64,000 nucleotides of DNA. Source: Utricularia gibba. Lineage: Eukaryota; Plantae; Magnoliophyta. The position numbers and the translations under genes are program-made. Within the stretch, counting starts at the first letter, position 1, and each line of letters begins with the position of its first letter. Below the pieces are notes generated by a model, which had not been told where the DNA came from, ran no database searches, and saw only the letters and a list, made by a program, of their open reading frames with translations. The stretch lies in contig CM007989.1 in assembly GCA_002189035.1 (NCBI GenBank), positions 6,448,001-6,512,000 on the forward strand. The letters are read 5' to 3'. Shown piece by piece: positions 1 to 13,955 of the stretch.

Positions 1-430
1 TACAATACATCAATGTGTTATTAAATAATGGTGGTAGAGAAAAACCCCAATTATCATTAGAAGTGCAAAAAGGAAAAAAATATTTAACAAGTAAGACATT
101 ATAAGAAATGAAAATTTATCTCATGTGCAAATTCAACAATTGATAGTTTTAAATATCTTTGTGTATCTCAAAAAATCGATAATATACTTCTTAAGATAAA
201 TTTATCCTTGTGAGATGTAGTATTTATACCATAAGTGAGACATTCAAAAACACACAAATGACAACAAATTGGAGTTTCTTGGAATAGAACCTCGTAAGGA
301 ATCCTTATCGAAAGAGTTAATAATGGAAGTTGATTTGTGAAATAAGTTGTTGTAAGAATTACATATCTTTAACCATTAGCTAGTATGAAAAAAAATATAA
401 AGTCAGTTAAATTGGTAAGTTGGTGATGCT

Positions 431-2795
431 TATTAGAAAATCTTTATTCAAATATGGCAATGCATAAAGTAGGCAAAGAATATGAATTTGAATGTAAGTT
501 TAAACTTGAGTTTCGATATGAGTTTGAAAAGTAAAAAGTTTGTATTAAAGAATATACAATTACACTTCTTTTAATTGGTTTTTATAATAAAAGAAAACTA
601 TAACCGTTAGAAAAATAAACTGTAAAATTGTCATCTTAAATTTATTAAAGAATATTATTTCTTCATATGAAGTGATTTGATTTGTGAAAAATATTAGATC
701 TTTGTTATAAGTTGGTTGAAACGTGAAAAATATCTCAAATTCTAATTTGTGGGCTTGTTGACATTTATATAACTTCCAAAAATAAATAGTACAATTTTTT
801 CATAATTTGGCAAAATAAGGATTCAATAAATTTTTCGTATATATAAATCTCTTCATCTTTAAAATCTATATTTTTTATCTATCTTGAATTCTTCTAATCT
901 CATCCTTTCATCATTCGACAACATTCATACTTGATGAAGTAACGAAATTTCACTAAAATCGTGATTTGAATTCTATCTCAAATCCAATAAAACTCAAATT
1001 TTGATGAAATTCTTCAAGAACAAGTTTTTTTAATGATATAAGTTGTTTGCTCCTAGTAAAATGTATTCAAGTTTAATGACATCTTACTCTACATAATCTC
1101 TTAACACATGATATTTGATCTTATTATGTTTGGTCTTTCCAAATATTACAAGATTTTGGACTATATTAATAGTTAATTTTTTCTCAATTTGTATAATTAT
1201 TGATTTGCTTATATGAATATTTAGATAGTTATAATTTTTTGGTAATCATAGTGCATTATTGGCAATAAATGCTCTAGCAATGTATTATATATGAGCAAAG
1301 TACTGAGGTACTATAGTCACATCCTGTTTGAAACTTTTACAGACAAATGCAAAGAATCTTAAATTGAACAGATAGCTGATTGTGGATCTATAGTTTGTGT
1401 CATCTTTGCAAAATCAAAGTCCATGAATCCTTGCAGAGTAATATTAGTCTCATATTTATAATACAAACTAATATTTAATATATCCAATGACATGATGAAA
1501 GTGACATTCGAGAGTAGTAAAATAGAAAAGTGCTCTAATTAACCGTTGATATTCATTGCAATTGTATGAATAGTCATTCACTTAGAGTATGTTTTCGTTT
1601 TATTTTTTTATGGAAAGAGAACTTGAATAAATTTTGAAAATTGTTGCTTGAATGTTCAAACAATATCTTGAAAAGATAAAGAATAACATGTTTTTATGCA
1701 TATATGACTTCAGTATGATAATATCAAAAGAATCCTTGAATGTATAACATTTTACTTTTATATATACTTTGAAATGTTTTTCAACTAACTTACAACACTA
1801 AGTAAATTATATGAAAATAAAGTAATATGATATACTTGTGTTAACTTGAAAAGCTTAATACCTATTTCCAACGGATATTTCTAATTTTAGTGATTGTTAT
1901 ATATTTTTGATTTGTAACTTTGATAAATTTTCTTTTCAGTTTCATGTAGGTGATAAATCTACTATGATTATGAGCTATGTGATTGCACCACTGAATATTT
2001 AAAAATCATTTAACTTTATTTTTTATATTGATTAAAGAAGTATTAAATTTTAACATAAAATAATAATCTCAATATAATTCTTATTCATTTCTCCATAAAT
2101 TGATATATTTATCATTTTTTTTCAAATTGTTAGACATTAATAAAAATTTTGCCACTATTTTGATGATACTGCACCAATGGATATATTCTATCGATGTAAA
2201 TATTAATGGTACAATTTGATATTTTTTCTATTTATAGTATGGGCAAATAAGAAAAGATTATTTCTTTTTAGTTTGTCAACAATAAACATCAATTATTGTA
2301 ACTTTTTGTTCAAGTTTTTCACAAAACATCAAGTGAGATTTTTCTTGAATGTTGATAAGTAGAATTACAAGTCATTATCATACTTGATCTTTTTTTTTTT
2401 TTTTTTTATCTAGGCAGCTTTGAATTTGAGTTAGTATCAATTTCAAATATTGCAGTAGAATTAATGCCAGGAGATGTGAATATATATCACACATCATTCA
2501 TATTAAAGTAGCTCCCCGTTTTGGGGCGCATACTTAGTATCCTTAGTCGTTGAAATTAAGTGAACTTTATCGTAGAGTGCTCATGATTGCAAATTATAAT
2601 TTATAAATAAAGAAGTAAAATCGAAAGACTTATAGGATTGCACAAGACATCGTGTGTATACATTAGATTCACCATATTAGAAAATCTTTATTCTAATATG
2701 ATAATGGGCAAAGGAGTTAAAAAATATGAATTTAAATGTAAGTTTGAATTTGAATTTAAATATGAGTTTGGAAATAAAAAAAAACTTATATTAAA
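431..2795. repeat. Diverged ~125-bp direct repeat pair (431-555 and 2675-2795)
   Basis: Copy 1 reads tattagaaaatctttattcaaatatgg...aatatgaatttgaatgtaagttt...atatgagtttg. Copy 2 reads tattagaaaatctttattctaatatga...aatatgaatttaaatgtaagttt...atatgagtttg. Confidence 0.7.
1250..2350 (+). mobile_element. Possible very decayed hAT transposase remnant
   Basis: Broken frames give LFETFTDK... and CMNSHSL (cf. hAT C-x-x-H-S-L-N-L). There are many stops and no termini were found. Confidence 0.25.
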
Positions 2796-3918
2796 ACACA
2801 CACACACTTATTTTATCTTGTATTTAGAAAAACATTTGGTATTATGAAACTTAAATATATATAAGAATTTTCAATATCAATTATTAGAAAACTTAAAGTT
2901 ATTTAATAATAATACTTTTTGAGATAAATTGAACTATTTAAAATTAATATAAATTTGTAGACCATACATATGGAATATAACACTCTAATCTAAAATCTGA
3001 TTAAATTCAAAATTAGGAGAGACGATAGTGTTCATACTAGAAAAATATGTTTTTATATCATTATTTTGTATAATATGTAAAATTTGTCTGATTGAATTCA
3101 TAATGAGTGAACAAACATTATAATATTAGGTGACAATACATCAAAAGTATCAATCATATTCATATTATGGTATTTAAGACCATCTAAACATCCATGTAAC
3201 CTTCAATATTGATCCCATGTGTCCTGTTTTACATTTGTACCAAATGTCATTGATGTGGTTGAGACAATCTTACTTATCTAATTCTATAAACACAATTTTC
3301 AATCTAAATATGTAATTGTGGCCATCAAGATTATTGAAAACGAAGGAGGATCCAAATATATTAGAAAAGAACATTCCACAAAAGAACAATAAGATAAAAT
3401 AACAAAATAAATTGTTATTACTATAATATCATAAAGAATTCGGTAAAAATATTTAAAAAGTGAACATTATCATTAATGTGTTTATATACACAAAAAAATA
3501 CTACATTATGATAATGTATTATATACACTAATTAACATACATACACGATACTTACAATTATGAATATACACTAACTCCAATTATAGTAAAGTCCATATTT
3601 ATGATAATACATATCTTTAACTTAACAGATCCCATGAACTCAGATTAACATAATTCAGAGAAAAGATTGCAACGAATGTATATAAATCAATTTACAAAGA
3701 GAGTAGCTAATGATGTAGAATCTAGAGCTTGCTTTCTCCACTATGGTCAAGAACAAGAACAAGAGGCTGCTTGCTTTGCTAACCTACTCCTAGAGCACAA
3801 TAGCAGAAGGATGAACAAGAGCTGGGTTCCTATACACTGTCTGTGATATAAGTACAGGTATAAACGGCAACAAACTCCAATGGTTTCCTTGCCCTTTGTG
3901 AGGAGCGGGAACGGATCC

Positions 3919-6900
3919 TTAAGGTAACCGATGGTTTTTCATAGATCCCTGCTCCGACATGGTCTCATTTCCAAAAGCTTCCGCCTGCTGCACATCAAGG
4001 ATTCTGATTGTGAATCCAAAGAATGATCGGTGGAGTAAATAGGGAACCTTGAGGTAAGAAACACTTACTTTTCCGAATACTTTTGATTGCCTCTCGTCCT
4101 TGTCCACGAGATCGAATGACTGGTTGACTGGTAGTCTCTGGGAGATTTGGCTCCCGGAGAAGGGGATGTGGTCTCTGGGTTTCCCAGGAAATGGGGAGGT
4201 GTCGTCCGTCTTATGATCGTTGTCGACAGACACAGGCAGCCTTACACGCCGTTTACCTGCTACTGTGCAATCAACAGTTATGTCATCAGCTCTTTGTGCC
4301 ATTCCACTGCATGACCTATAGTCATCCGTATGAGCTTTAAGAAAGGTTGTAGCTGATTCGGAACTAACTTCAGGTTGGTAGAACGGGTGACGAGCCAACA
4401 CAGACAGAGCCGAGTCTCGACTCGAAGCTAGTACATCATGGGAGCATATAACCAGTTCGCGCTGCAGAGAACGCCCAAAATGAAGGATAAGGGTACCCAC
4501 CAAAAAGAAAGGGGAAGCATCAGACGTTAGTCAGCATACCTTCAACTTCTCCCTTTTGACAATTCTCTCACAAAGAAGGCGAAGCTTCTCTAATTCAACC
4601 TAGAAGAGAAAAATAAAGTCAAAATGTGGAAATAATCAAAATCTACAGACGAAACGGCTGGTAAGGAAGTTCGAAAATTCATCCCACTGAATTAGCCACA
4701 CAACTGAGAAGGTAGTAGCATCAACCATGAACACACAAGTAAATAACAGGCTGCATCTACCAACAACACAAGTTGTAACAAAATATAATATAGCTAACAT
4801 AAACTAAATGGTTTCATCAAAATATAATGGCTAACCCTGATTTGCTTCAGACCCTTAAGCTCTTCGATTCCATGCTTCTGGATCCCAGCCTAAATGAGTT
4901 GAACAGAAACACGTTTAACTTGCACGATCTTAGTATAGCTGGAGTTAAAAAAAAAAAAGCACATGCAGATGATGAAGATTACCTTAGCTCTTTGTTCTAC
5001 GCTATGTTTCTCACAGTAAGCCTTATGCTGTGGCTTGCCACCGCTGGTTCTTACAGTCATATAAAAACCAGCACTCCGTGCACATGTAGGATGAAATGAG
5101 GTATGACAATGACCATAGCAACACTGAACAAGAAGAATAGGAAGAAATAGTTAAACAATGTTATCTCAGTGCCACTGTTTTAGTTGGCAAAATTTCCATG
5201 ACTCTGCACCTTAAGGCAAGCACCTTGCTTGCGACTGCATACTATACAAACTTCACTTCCCCTCGTGAAAGAATCCTGGAAAGCACAAGGAGTGAAAGCT
5301 AAAATATTATGATGCAAAGGAATTCAGCAGGAAGATGAGAATAATTCCAAGCAATCTGATGCTTACAATTCCTTCAACAGGAGTGGCTTGCCCCCTTCGA
5401 TAGGTTGAATTAAATATCCACTACATAAGATAAAAATGTACAATTTCAGATGTGACTTAGATAGTGACATCATGTCACAAGGATGAAAGGAAGATTTTAC
5501 TTCAGCACACAGGGCATGCATCCATTGACCATCCGCTGACTTCCTAAAAGCACCTGCTGTACCGCCACACAAAGCACATTCAGGGACAAAATTAAGCTTC
5601 GCAGAAGAATCTGAAGCCGTGGTTCCCGAACTTCTTGAAGACATGAATTCTTCACAGAGCTCACAATACCAAGGCCCGACAGTGTTTTTATCACTGCGGT
5701 AGCAGTCCAAATGAACAGAAACCTGTGATAGAAACAATGAAGGGATGAACTAAGTGTTACTAGGCTTCAACATGAATTCCGCAATTTATACCAGGAACAA
5801 GATCAAACAATATTTTGGGGGACATCAACAGACCTTGCAACCTGAGCAGAGCAAAACAGGATTCAGCATGGTCTCACAACGATGGCATACATCACAGGTC
5901 CGGGTGTAGTTCAGAGTATCGGAGTTCTCAGAGGACCTTGTAAGGCTTTGTCTGGCACTACGGGAGTCTAATAATCTTATCTTCAGAATATCCTACAATT
6001 CAATATTTTTAATGTATATTTTTTTCTAGAATAATATGTTGCACTCAGCAAAACTGCGACTGTCAAATGAAAATAACCTCCTGTGGTGGAGATTCTTCAA
6101 GGTTGTCCTTCCTATTTGAAGATAGGCGTGAGGATGCTGCAGCGGCAGCAGTAGCTGCTGCCAAAACTGCTTGAGCTTCTTTATGGCGCCGTTCTTTTCT
6201 TCCTTGCTTCTTGGCTTCCCTTTGGTTGTGATTGTATTGATTCACTAATACTGCATCCCATTTCCGCTCTCCAACATTTGCAATCTCTTCAGGAAGAATT
6301 CTAACTACTTTTGAAATTAGATCATCTGGTAAATTTGTCAAAAAATGAAACCTGTTAATACCGTTATAAAGCAACACCTGATATACATAATAGAACATAG
6401 CATACCACTTAAATGTTTTCTCAAAACTGTCATATTAATTAGCTTTTGCTGATAGTACATCAGCTCTCCTTCCACTTCATCTACGGGTGCCAGTCCAAAG
6501 ATACCACTATTTCTCAAAGATTTTAACTGATCCAGATTCAGCCTGTCGCATTCAGAGGTAATGTCAGCAGAACTTGCTAGCAGGGTGGGGTTATTACAGC
6601 AGAGTCCCAAACCAGAAGGTGCTTGTGAATCTTCCCTTTCCCTTGAAACTGCCAACCAAGTTATTAACCAGGGTAGTGAATGCAAAATCCAGGTAAATCC
6701 GACAGGAGCATACCAGCAGCCTGGGAACTTTCAGGTTGTTGAAGTATACCACTCTTGGCCTCCATTAGTTTGCCATATACAGTAGGATGCATATAAGAAG
6801 CGCAACTCATATCTCCGATCCTACAGTCACATAATTATTTTAGATCCTATGAATAATATCATTAAGTTTCCATGATATATTAAGAAAAAACCCAAGATCT

Positions 6901-9900
6901 GGCATCCAAGAAATAAAAATCTAAACACAACTCCCAAAAAAAATGAAGAATATCTCACTTTAGGACTGATGGAGATGTCATTAGCTGCATTAATCTAGCC
7001 TCCTCAGATACACCCCCCACAGTGAAACATTGCGCCAACGCCTTAAGCTTGACTGTCATAATGCACAATTTCGTTGATGCTCATGATCAAAAAACGAACA
7101 TCACAAACATATCGGAAAGATGAAGAGAAGGATCTGGTAACAATACTATCCAGAATCATAGGGACTTTCTGTGATTACATCTAATGCAATTCATTTCGTA
7201 GAGACAGAGAAAAAAATATTCTCAGAACAACAAGGATAAGCACCTTCATTTCCGCTAGGGTCATTTGCTGCAGTGTCCATGTAATCAAGATCAACCAACA
7301 TCTGCATCAAAGAAGCAATAAGCTTCCAGGTAATAGATATGCGTATGGAGGACAATTTAGCAAATCTTATAAAACACGTGCTGAGTCTCTTCTCAGTATT
7401 GAGTCCATAGAGATTTTATCAGAAAAACCTATATGCCTGAAGAATCATCAAGAAAACCACAAAATATTTCATGTTACCCCACAGATAAATATGATCCAAA
7501 ACTATGCTGCATCCCCAATAAGCCACCATAAACAGTATAAATTTCTTGAGTGAAGAGACTGTATTCTGATCTTGTACCTTCTCAGAATCACCCTGATCAT
7601 CAAAATCATTAAGGATGTCCTTAGAGGCACCTGATGAATCATCTTTAACAGACCTCGAGCTGCCTTTTTTTCTTCTATAAGGCGCTTCAGATCTAACAGG
7701 AACAGCAAAAGAGTTTCGAGAATCTGCCCCTGATCTGGTAGAAACACTGTCAGAACCTGAGTAGTCTTTGACAGCCAAAAGTGATTGAATCCTTTGTTTG
7801 AGAATTTTTTGAAAGTTCCCAAAATGAGCATTATTTATCAACCACCTCACCACTTTGGACTGCATAGTGGGATCTGTATCCTTATCCTGGATTTGAGGAT
7901 CAAGACACAGACTGGTAAGCCATTATGAGGAAACAGAGCAAAGTAGGAATAACTCGAATCAACATGAATTGGAAATCAGATATTCCCTTCTGTGAAAAGA
8001 AAACATTGGGAAGTATCAAATTACATCAAGAATCTTTTTCAATGAATGAGGGGCAACACCAATCTCGGTAGCTACAATCTCGGCATTGACTTTACCAAGA
8101 TCAATCAACTGCAAACGGAAAACTACAATCAGGAGACAAAAAAAATTATGGCCTAAGACGACATATATTGAATACCTTTCGGAGAAGCATGTTAAAATTG
8201 ATAATGCTGCAAGGATTGGATGTCTTCATGTCAGCCCCATTTTCATGTTGAGGCTCCAAATTCCCTTCAGATTCTTTTGAATGTTCCCCATCTATGCAAT
8301 GAACAACATTCAGATTGTAAAACTAGAAAACAACTACTGAATTCTGTGACAAATAACATCAGTGAGTGTATCTTACAGCCATTAGAAACACAATCACTGG
8401 TCAAGGAAGAATCTCCCGTTCCTGGACAGTTGTCATCACATTGAATTTCCGAATGTTTAAAGCAATAGGCATGAAGTTCAACCTAAATATGATCCACAAT
8501 GAGCATAAGCATAGAAATATGAAGAAATGGTAACGTGAAAAATAAGAAAAATCAGAGAGATGATTTCCCTGTTACAACATTACACACCTCATCAGATCCA
8601 GGTTTCCCCCATATTTCCAGGCGGTGCCTTGCCTCTCTAGCACAAATAGGATGAAATGAATTTCTGCAAGATCCTGAAACAGCAAGAAGTAATGATAACC
8701 ATTTATTCATTTTGCAGTGTAAGATTGCACTAAAGAGTAAGATTTTAGGCATACCGGCACTGCAACGAACACAAGTACCACCCTTAATCTTACAAAGAGA
8801 ACAAACCAGCCTTTTTCTTGTATCCTTTGGTTCATTCACATTCATAACTGGCTCCATACTGTCGATATTCTCCACATATGACTCGTGCGCCCAGAGACAG
8901 CAAAACAAATGGGCAAACTCCACCTTAGAGTTATCATTTTCTCTGTGAGGTCCTCCTACACTTACTGGCTTCAATACACCACCTTGCTTTGGGCAAAGTA
9001 AACATTGCGATTCAGCATTCCCTTGAGAAACACTCCTAAATTTGCACCATGAACATAACCAACATCTGTCTACAACTTCTTGAACACCATAGCATCTTTG
9101 ATGGACAACCATTCCACAAGAACTGCATTTGATGAGGATATTCAATGGGCCACCCACGTCACCATAACTGCAATAGTGACACAATGACTCTTCACCATCA
9201 ACTGGGAGTGCTGTATACAACTTCTCCAACCCATCCCTACCTGACAGTTTCCTTTTCTTGGAAGGCCGATCCGAGGAAAAATATACCTTGTTTCTACATC
9301 CTAAAAGCCACTCTACTCCAGAAAAAGAATTAGAAGGCCCCTGATCAGTAGGCCAGTCGTCACCACTCTTATTGGGTCTGATATCCATTCCTCTTGTTGC
9401 CACAGCATTCCCATCAAGCAAATGATGCTCATTCTGCAACAACATTAATTCATTGATATCCTTCAAACAATCATTTGCAAGAATTCTGCTAATCGTTTCC
9501 TGACGATCAGAAAACTTGCTATCCTCATCCAAACAGGGCGTCAACAAAAGGCTCTCATCGCAGGAAACCCCAACATGCGAAAACTTTTCCAACCTCTCGA
9601 CATCCTCCACAGTCAATTCCCTGAAGTAGTCCTCGGTTTCTTGCCATATGCTATTGGTCCGAATCTTCGTAGAAGCTGAAGACTTCTTCTCAGTCTTAGA
9701 ATGCAATTTCTTATGCCTCTTCCTACTTTCAGAATGCCAACTCAATAAGTTCGACACGCCAGTAGGAAGATTATTAGCAGTTGAAACAAATGCTTGAGCT
9801 GCAGAGGAGTCGTCAGGATCGCAAGGGGAGCGAAATGAGAGCGTTTTACGAGCTTGTGTGTATAAATCAAGGGGCACTGTAGAAGACGATGGTGGTCCCG

Positions 9901-10048
9901 TAATTTCCGGAGAAACCAGGGGCTTTTTTGCAATATCCTCTTTCAAATTGGGGCTTCCGCAATCGTTATCGGTATTCTTGATTTCGGCGGTGCCCTTACC
10001 ACCGGCCATGGATTTCCTCCGCCTCTTGCATCTGCCTCTTCTGGTCAT
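3919..10048 (-). CDS. PHD-finger protein with two PHD/extended-PHD modules (BRPF/Jade-like; At1g77800-like), multi-exon
   Basis: ATG at 10048 (MTRRGRCKRR). The long first exon has CHYC...CSSCGMVVHQRCYG...WLCSWC and CLLCP...AHLFCC...CSLC...CVRC. A second module (WYCELCEE, CALCGGTAGAFRKSADGQWMHALCAE) lies at 5.5-5.7 kb. The last exons carry DDITVDCTVAGKRRVRLP and SMKNHRLP. GT-AG introns were traced for several exons. Confidence 0.9.
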
Positions 10049-11580
10049 CGCATGCAAGCCCCAATTTCAGCAGCGGCACCAGCGTGCACCATCCGGTACC
10101 AAAACCCTAAAAATCAACCAATTGAAGAACCAAAATCAGAAAAAATGAGACAGTGGGCACAATTCCCCTCCCCCGCCCTACAAAACCCAGACAATTGCAG
10201 AGCAGAATATTGAAGAAGACAGGAGTCAAGAATTGGGGAACCCGATTGCGACTAGGGTTAGGGTTCGTGACGAGTATTGGGGGGCAAAATGGAAAGATTT
10301 GGGCTTATTTTTAATTATTTTTGGGGGAATTTCTATTTTTCGGTTCGTTGGGGGGGGGGGGGGGGGAGAGAGAGAGTCGCGTTCTGAAGAAGCAAACAAG
10401 GACGGCAGTGTGTTTATTTGCGCTTCGCTGGAGACGGAGAGCGGAGTTTCCAATTTCCATTTCCTATCTTTAATATGTGGTTGTACACGTGGACACGAGA
10501 AAAAAAAAGCGAGCTATTTTTTTGACCGCGAAATTTTCAACCATGTTCTATTTTGGGCCTTCAACCGATAAAATAAAAAGCCCATTGCATCATTTCTCGG
10601 CCCTTTTACTGAAAAGGAAAGAAATTTATTATCCGATTTTGCTATATTAATTATTGTATATTATTAAACTTAAATATAATTACAGTTTCTTTTCTTAAAA
10701 TGATGTTTACTAGTATAATATAAAAGATCTATATCCAAATTTACACACAAATTACTGTTTAATTAATTAACATATGCATGTCAACTTTCTATGACTATAT
10801 TACTTACATACTTATTTTTTGAGATAATACATACAAATGGATGCGGGGTAAGGAGTTAATTATGTCTATATCAGAGTATATTTTCTAATTTATATCCTTT
10901 TAAAAATTATTTATATTTCTATTATTATATGTCAAATACTTTTTTAATTGTTATATCTCAAATATATATTCTCAAATATCAAACATATAATTTGTTATAT
11001 ACATTACAATTGAACATACACATACTCAATTATATTATACTTAAACATATTAATACCCTAGTATTAAATGATTTCTAAATGTTTCTTTAATATACGTACT
11101 TTACAATTGTATAATTCTTTCAATTATGTTCATTAAAATTCTTCTCTCATGGATATTTTCGAGTCTTACTTTCTTAATATATTATAAACACCTGTATACT
11201 ATTTTAATTACGTCTTTGTAAAATTTATTTACCAAAATTAATAACCATATAATATGTATTTTTCAATTAATCAACTAGATGTATTTTTCAAAATATTTCA
11301 CTATTAAAATATAACAATTCATTATCCATATATCTCAATTAAAATATTTTAATATATCAATTAGTATAAAATTTGTTCTTTTTATACTTTTCAATTTACA
11401 CCGTTGTCCACTATTATCGTTCTTTGTAACAGTAAACAAGAGATTATAGCAAAAGTTATGTGCCAGAAAACGAATATGACAATTTAATAGGGACCAATCA
11501 ACAATTAAAAAGGAATGGTATATATACTCTATATTTTATCTCATTTTGATCCTCCATTAGATTTCTTACCCGATTCGTGC

Positions 11581-11648
11581 GGGCCCGATATCTCTCACTA
11601 TCATTTATTTATTAATATTATTTTTGAAATTAATAAAAGAATGGGCCC
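11581..11648. promoter_or_regulatory. Site II-type motifs (GGGCCC at 11581, TGGGCC at 11642) immediately left of the hAT insertion
   Basis: The motifs are seen directly. TGGGCY site II elements are established TCP-binding proximal promoter elements. Confidence 0.45.
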
Positions 11649-11761
11649 AAATTCGAAATGCACCACAGATTTGGTTTGTTTATTATTATTCATTTTTAGA
11701 TTTATTTTTATTCTTCCTGAACCCTAAGTAAATGTCAGCCTACTTGTATATGTACACACCC

Positions 11762-13824
11762 TAGAGGTGGGGTCGGTTAAAACCGGAACCGCGGTTTGAA
11801 CGGAAACCGTCGGTTCCGGTTCCGGTTCGGTTCCAGGAGGTGGATGTTCGTACGGTTCCGATTTCGGAACCGGAACCGTACGATTTCGGTTCGGTTCGGC
11901 AAATTTGGAACCGTCGAACCGACGGTTTTGACCCGTGTGTGAACCATACTGTTCACGATTCTGAACCGAAACCGTTGGTTCGGAACCGAAAAAAATTTAA
12001 AAAAAACATAAAAAATTAAAAAATTGAAAAAAATTAAAAAAATAAATAAATGTATATTATTTCAGACACCCATACGACGGAAGTGGATGTCTGGAAAATC
12101 TTCTAAAACACCCATTCCCAAACACACTGACGATAAATGTGGGTAACTTGAAAATGATCTCAGGCGCCCTCATGACACTCTTATATGAGGCATAAGCAAA
12201 TGTGGGTGCCCAGGGAATGGTCTCTGTCTTTTAGATGTTCTTTCCGTACACTCACAAGTTATTGTGGGTGTCTGAAAAAATGTAATTTTATTATATATGT
12301 TTTCAATTATTGATAATTTTAAATTTAATAATTTATTTCATTTATTATATATACTATAAATTATGAAATTAGAGTGAAATTAATAAATATAAAATGTATA
12401 ACCTCAATAGAAAAATACTAAATTACTCAAATTTATTGAATAATTTCGATAGTTCAATCAAATAAATATTTTAACATTTCATTACCTACATATTTTTCTA
12501 AATAACTAGTTATGTGTTGCCAAGATCTCTAATTTATCCATATTAGTATCACAATGCATATTTAAACATAAGTATATATTTAAAATACTCATGTGAAGAT
12601 TGACGTGGCAGCATCATATTTAAAATATATTTTTTATGTATATATTAATCTCAACGGTTAGTACATGCATTTGTGACTATACACACTGTGGAGTTGCACA
12701 TGATTTTGAAAGTATCCGTTGCTATTAATTTAATAAAAAAATTTGTCTATATATATGATATGGTTGTCTTATAGTTTTCCATTACTTTCTATTATTGTCT
12801 CATCACTCATTACCAGAAATAATTCTATTTCAACTTCTACATACAACTCGTGATTGGAGATACTCTTAAGTCTCAAGTTTCAAATTTCCACTTAGATGAC
12901 ATTGGTGAGGGATGTCATTTGAGGTCGTCCAGGCACTCTGATCCATTATTCAGGGTGTTTGGAATCTTCTTTGGAGTGTGGATACCCTTAACGAAGTAAG
13001 GGTGCACTTTAGAATTAGGATTGTAGTTAGAGGTTGTCCAAGCACTCTGATCCGTTATTGAGGGTGCCTGGGATCTTTTTTGGAGCCTGAACACCCTTAA
13101 CGATTATTAAGAGACATGAAATATGTGATGTTAATTTTAAAAATATAATGTATTTAATCCTTCTTATTTTTTGTTTCCAAAATATATGAAATAGATGATG
13201 TTTTTATTTTCATTTAAAAAATACACAATATTTACAAAAGATTATATAAAACAATTATATAAACATCTTCATTTTAAAAAAATAAATATATAAATAATAA
13301 TTTCATTCATTTTATATGCTTTGTAATCTTGTTGTATTTGTTTTAAAAAATTTAATTTTATCAAATATATATTGAAATGTTAATAATTTAATTATTTATT
13401 TCATTTATTTAAATCACAAATTATATTGATTTTAATTATACTTTATTAAGATATTTTATCAAGTAATTTAATTTATAGTTTTTTATAAATTAATATAGTA
13501 TATTACATAATATATTCAGTTAAATACAAAAATTAATATTATTAAATATATTGTTTGATAATATTTAAATATAAAAAAATTAATAATTATTACAAATTTT
13601 ACTGTTAGACACCCACAATGATTCATATGAATGACTAAAAAACACCTACAATCGGTTCCGGTTACGGTTCGGTTCTTGATTCTCGGTTCCGGTTTTGAAC
13701 CGAAACCGTCTGTACGATTCCGATTTCGATTCGGTTCAAGGTTTCATCCGTACGATTCAGAACCTAAACCTGAACCGTTGTATACACGGTTTTGAAACCT
13801 ACGGTTCCGAACCGTACACCTCTG
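11762..13824. mobile_element. Non-autonomous hAT element (~2.06 kb)
   Basis: Termini TAGAGGTG...CACCTCTG form a TIR. The 8-bp flanks are ACACACCC and GCACAGCC (6/8 match, a decayed TSD). Dense AACCG/CGGTT subterminal repeats occur at 11780-11990 and 13650-13815. The AT-rich interior has no transposase. Confidence 0.85.
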
Positions 13825-13955
13825 GCACAGCCTAAAACCCTGATGAAAATCTTCTTTTCCCCGTAGCATCATTATCCTCCCCGCCGCTGCCTCACTTCCT
13901 GCGCTGTCCGGCCGCCGTCTCGCCGACGATTTACGGTTTGCAATGCGCCGGAGTT

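Noticed and set aside
3000-3400. Possible Helitron helicase remnant on the minus strand
   Set aside because: The similarity to TINKSQGQ-type motifs is too weak to call by eye.
11780-11990. Dense short repeats that could be mistaken for a CRISPR array or satellite
   Set aside because: These are irregular AACCG/CGGTT hAT subterminal motifs with no constant repeat-spacer period, in a eukaryotic context.
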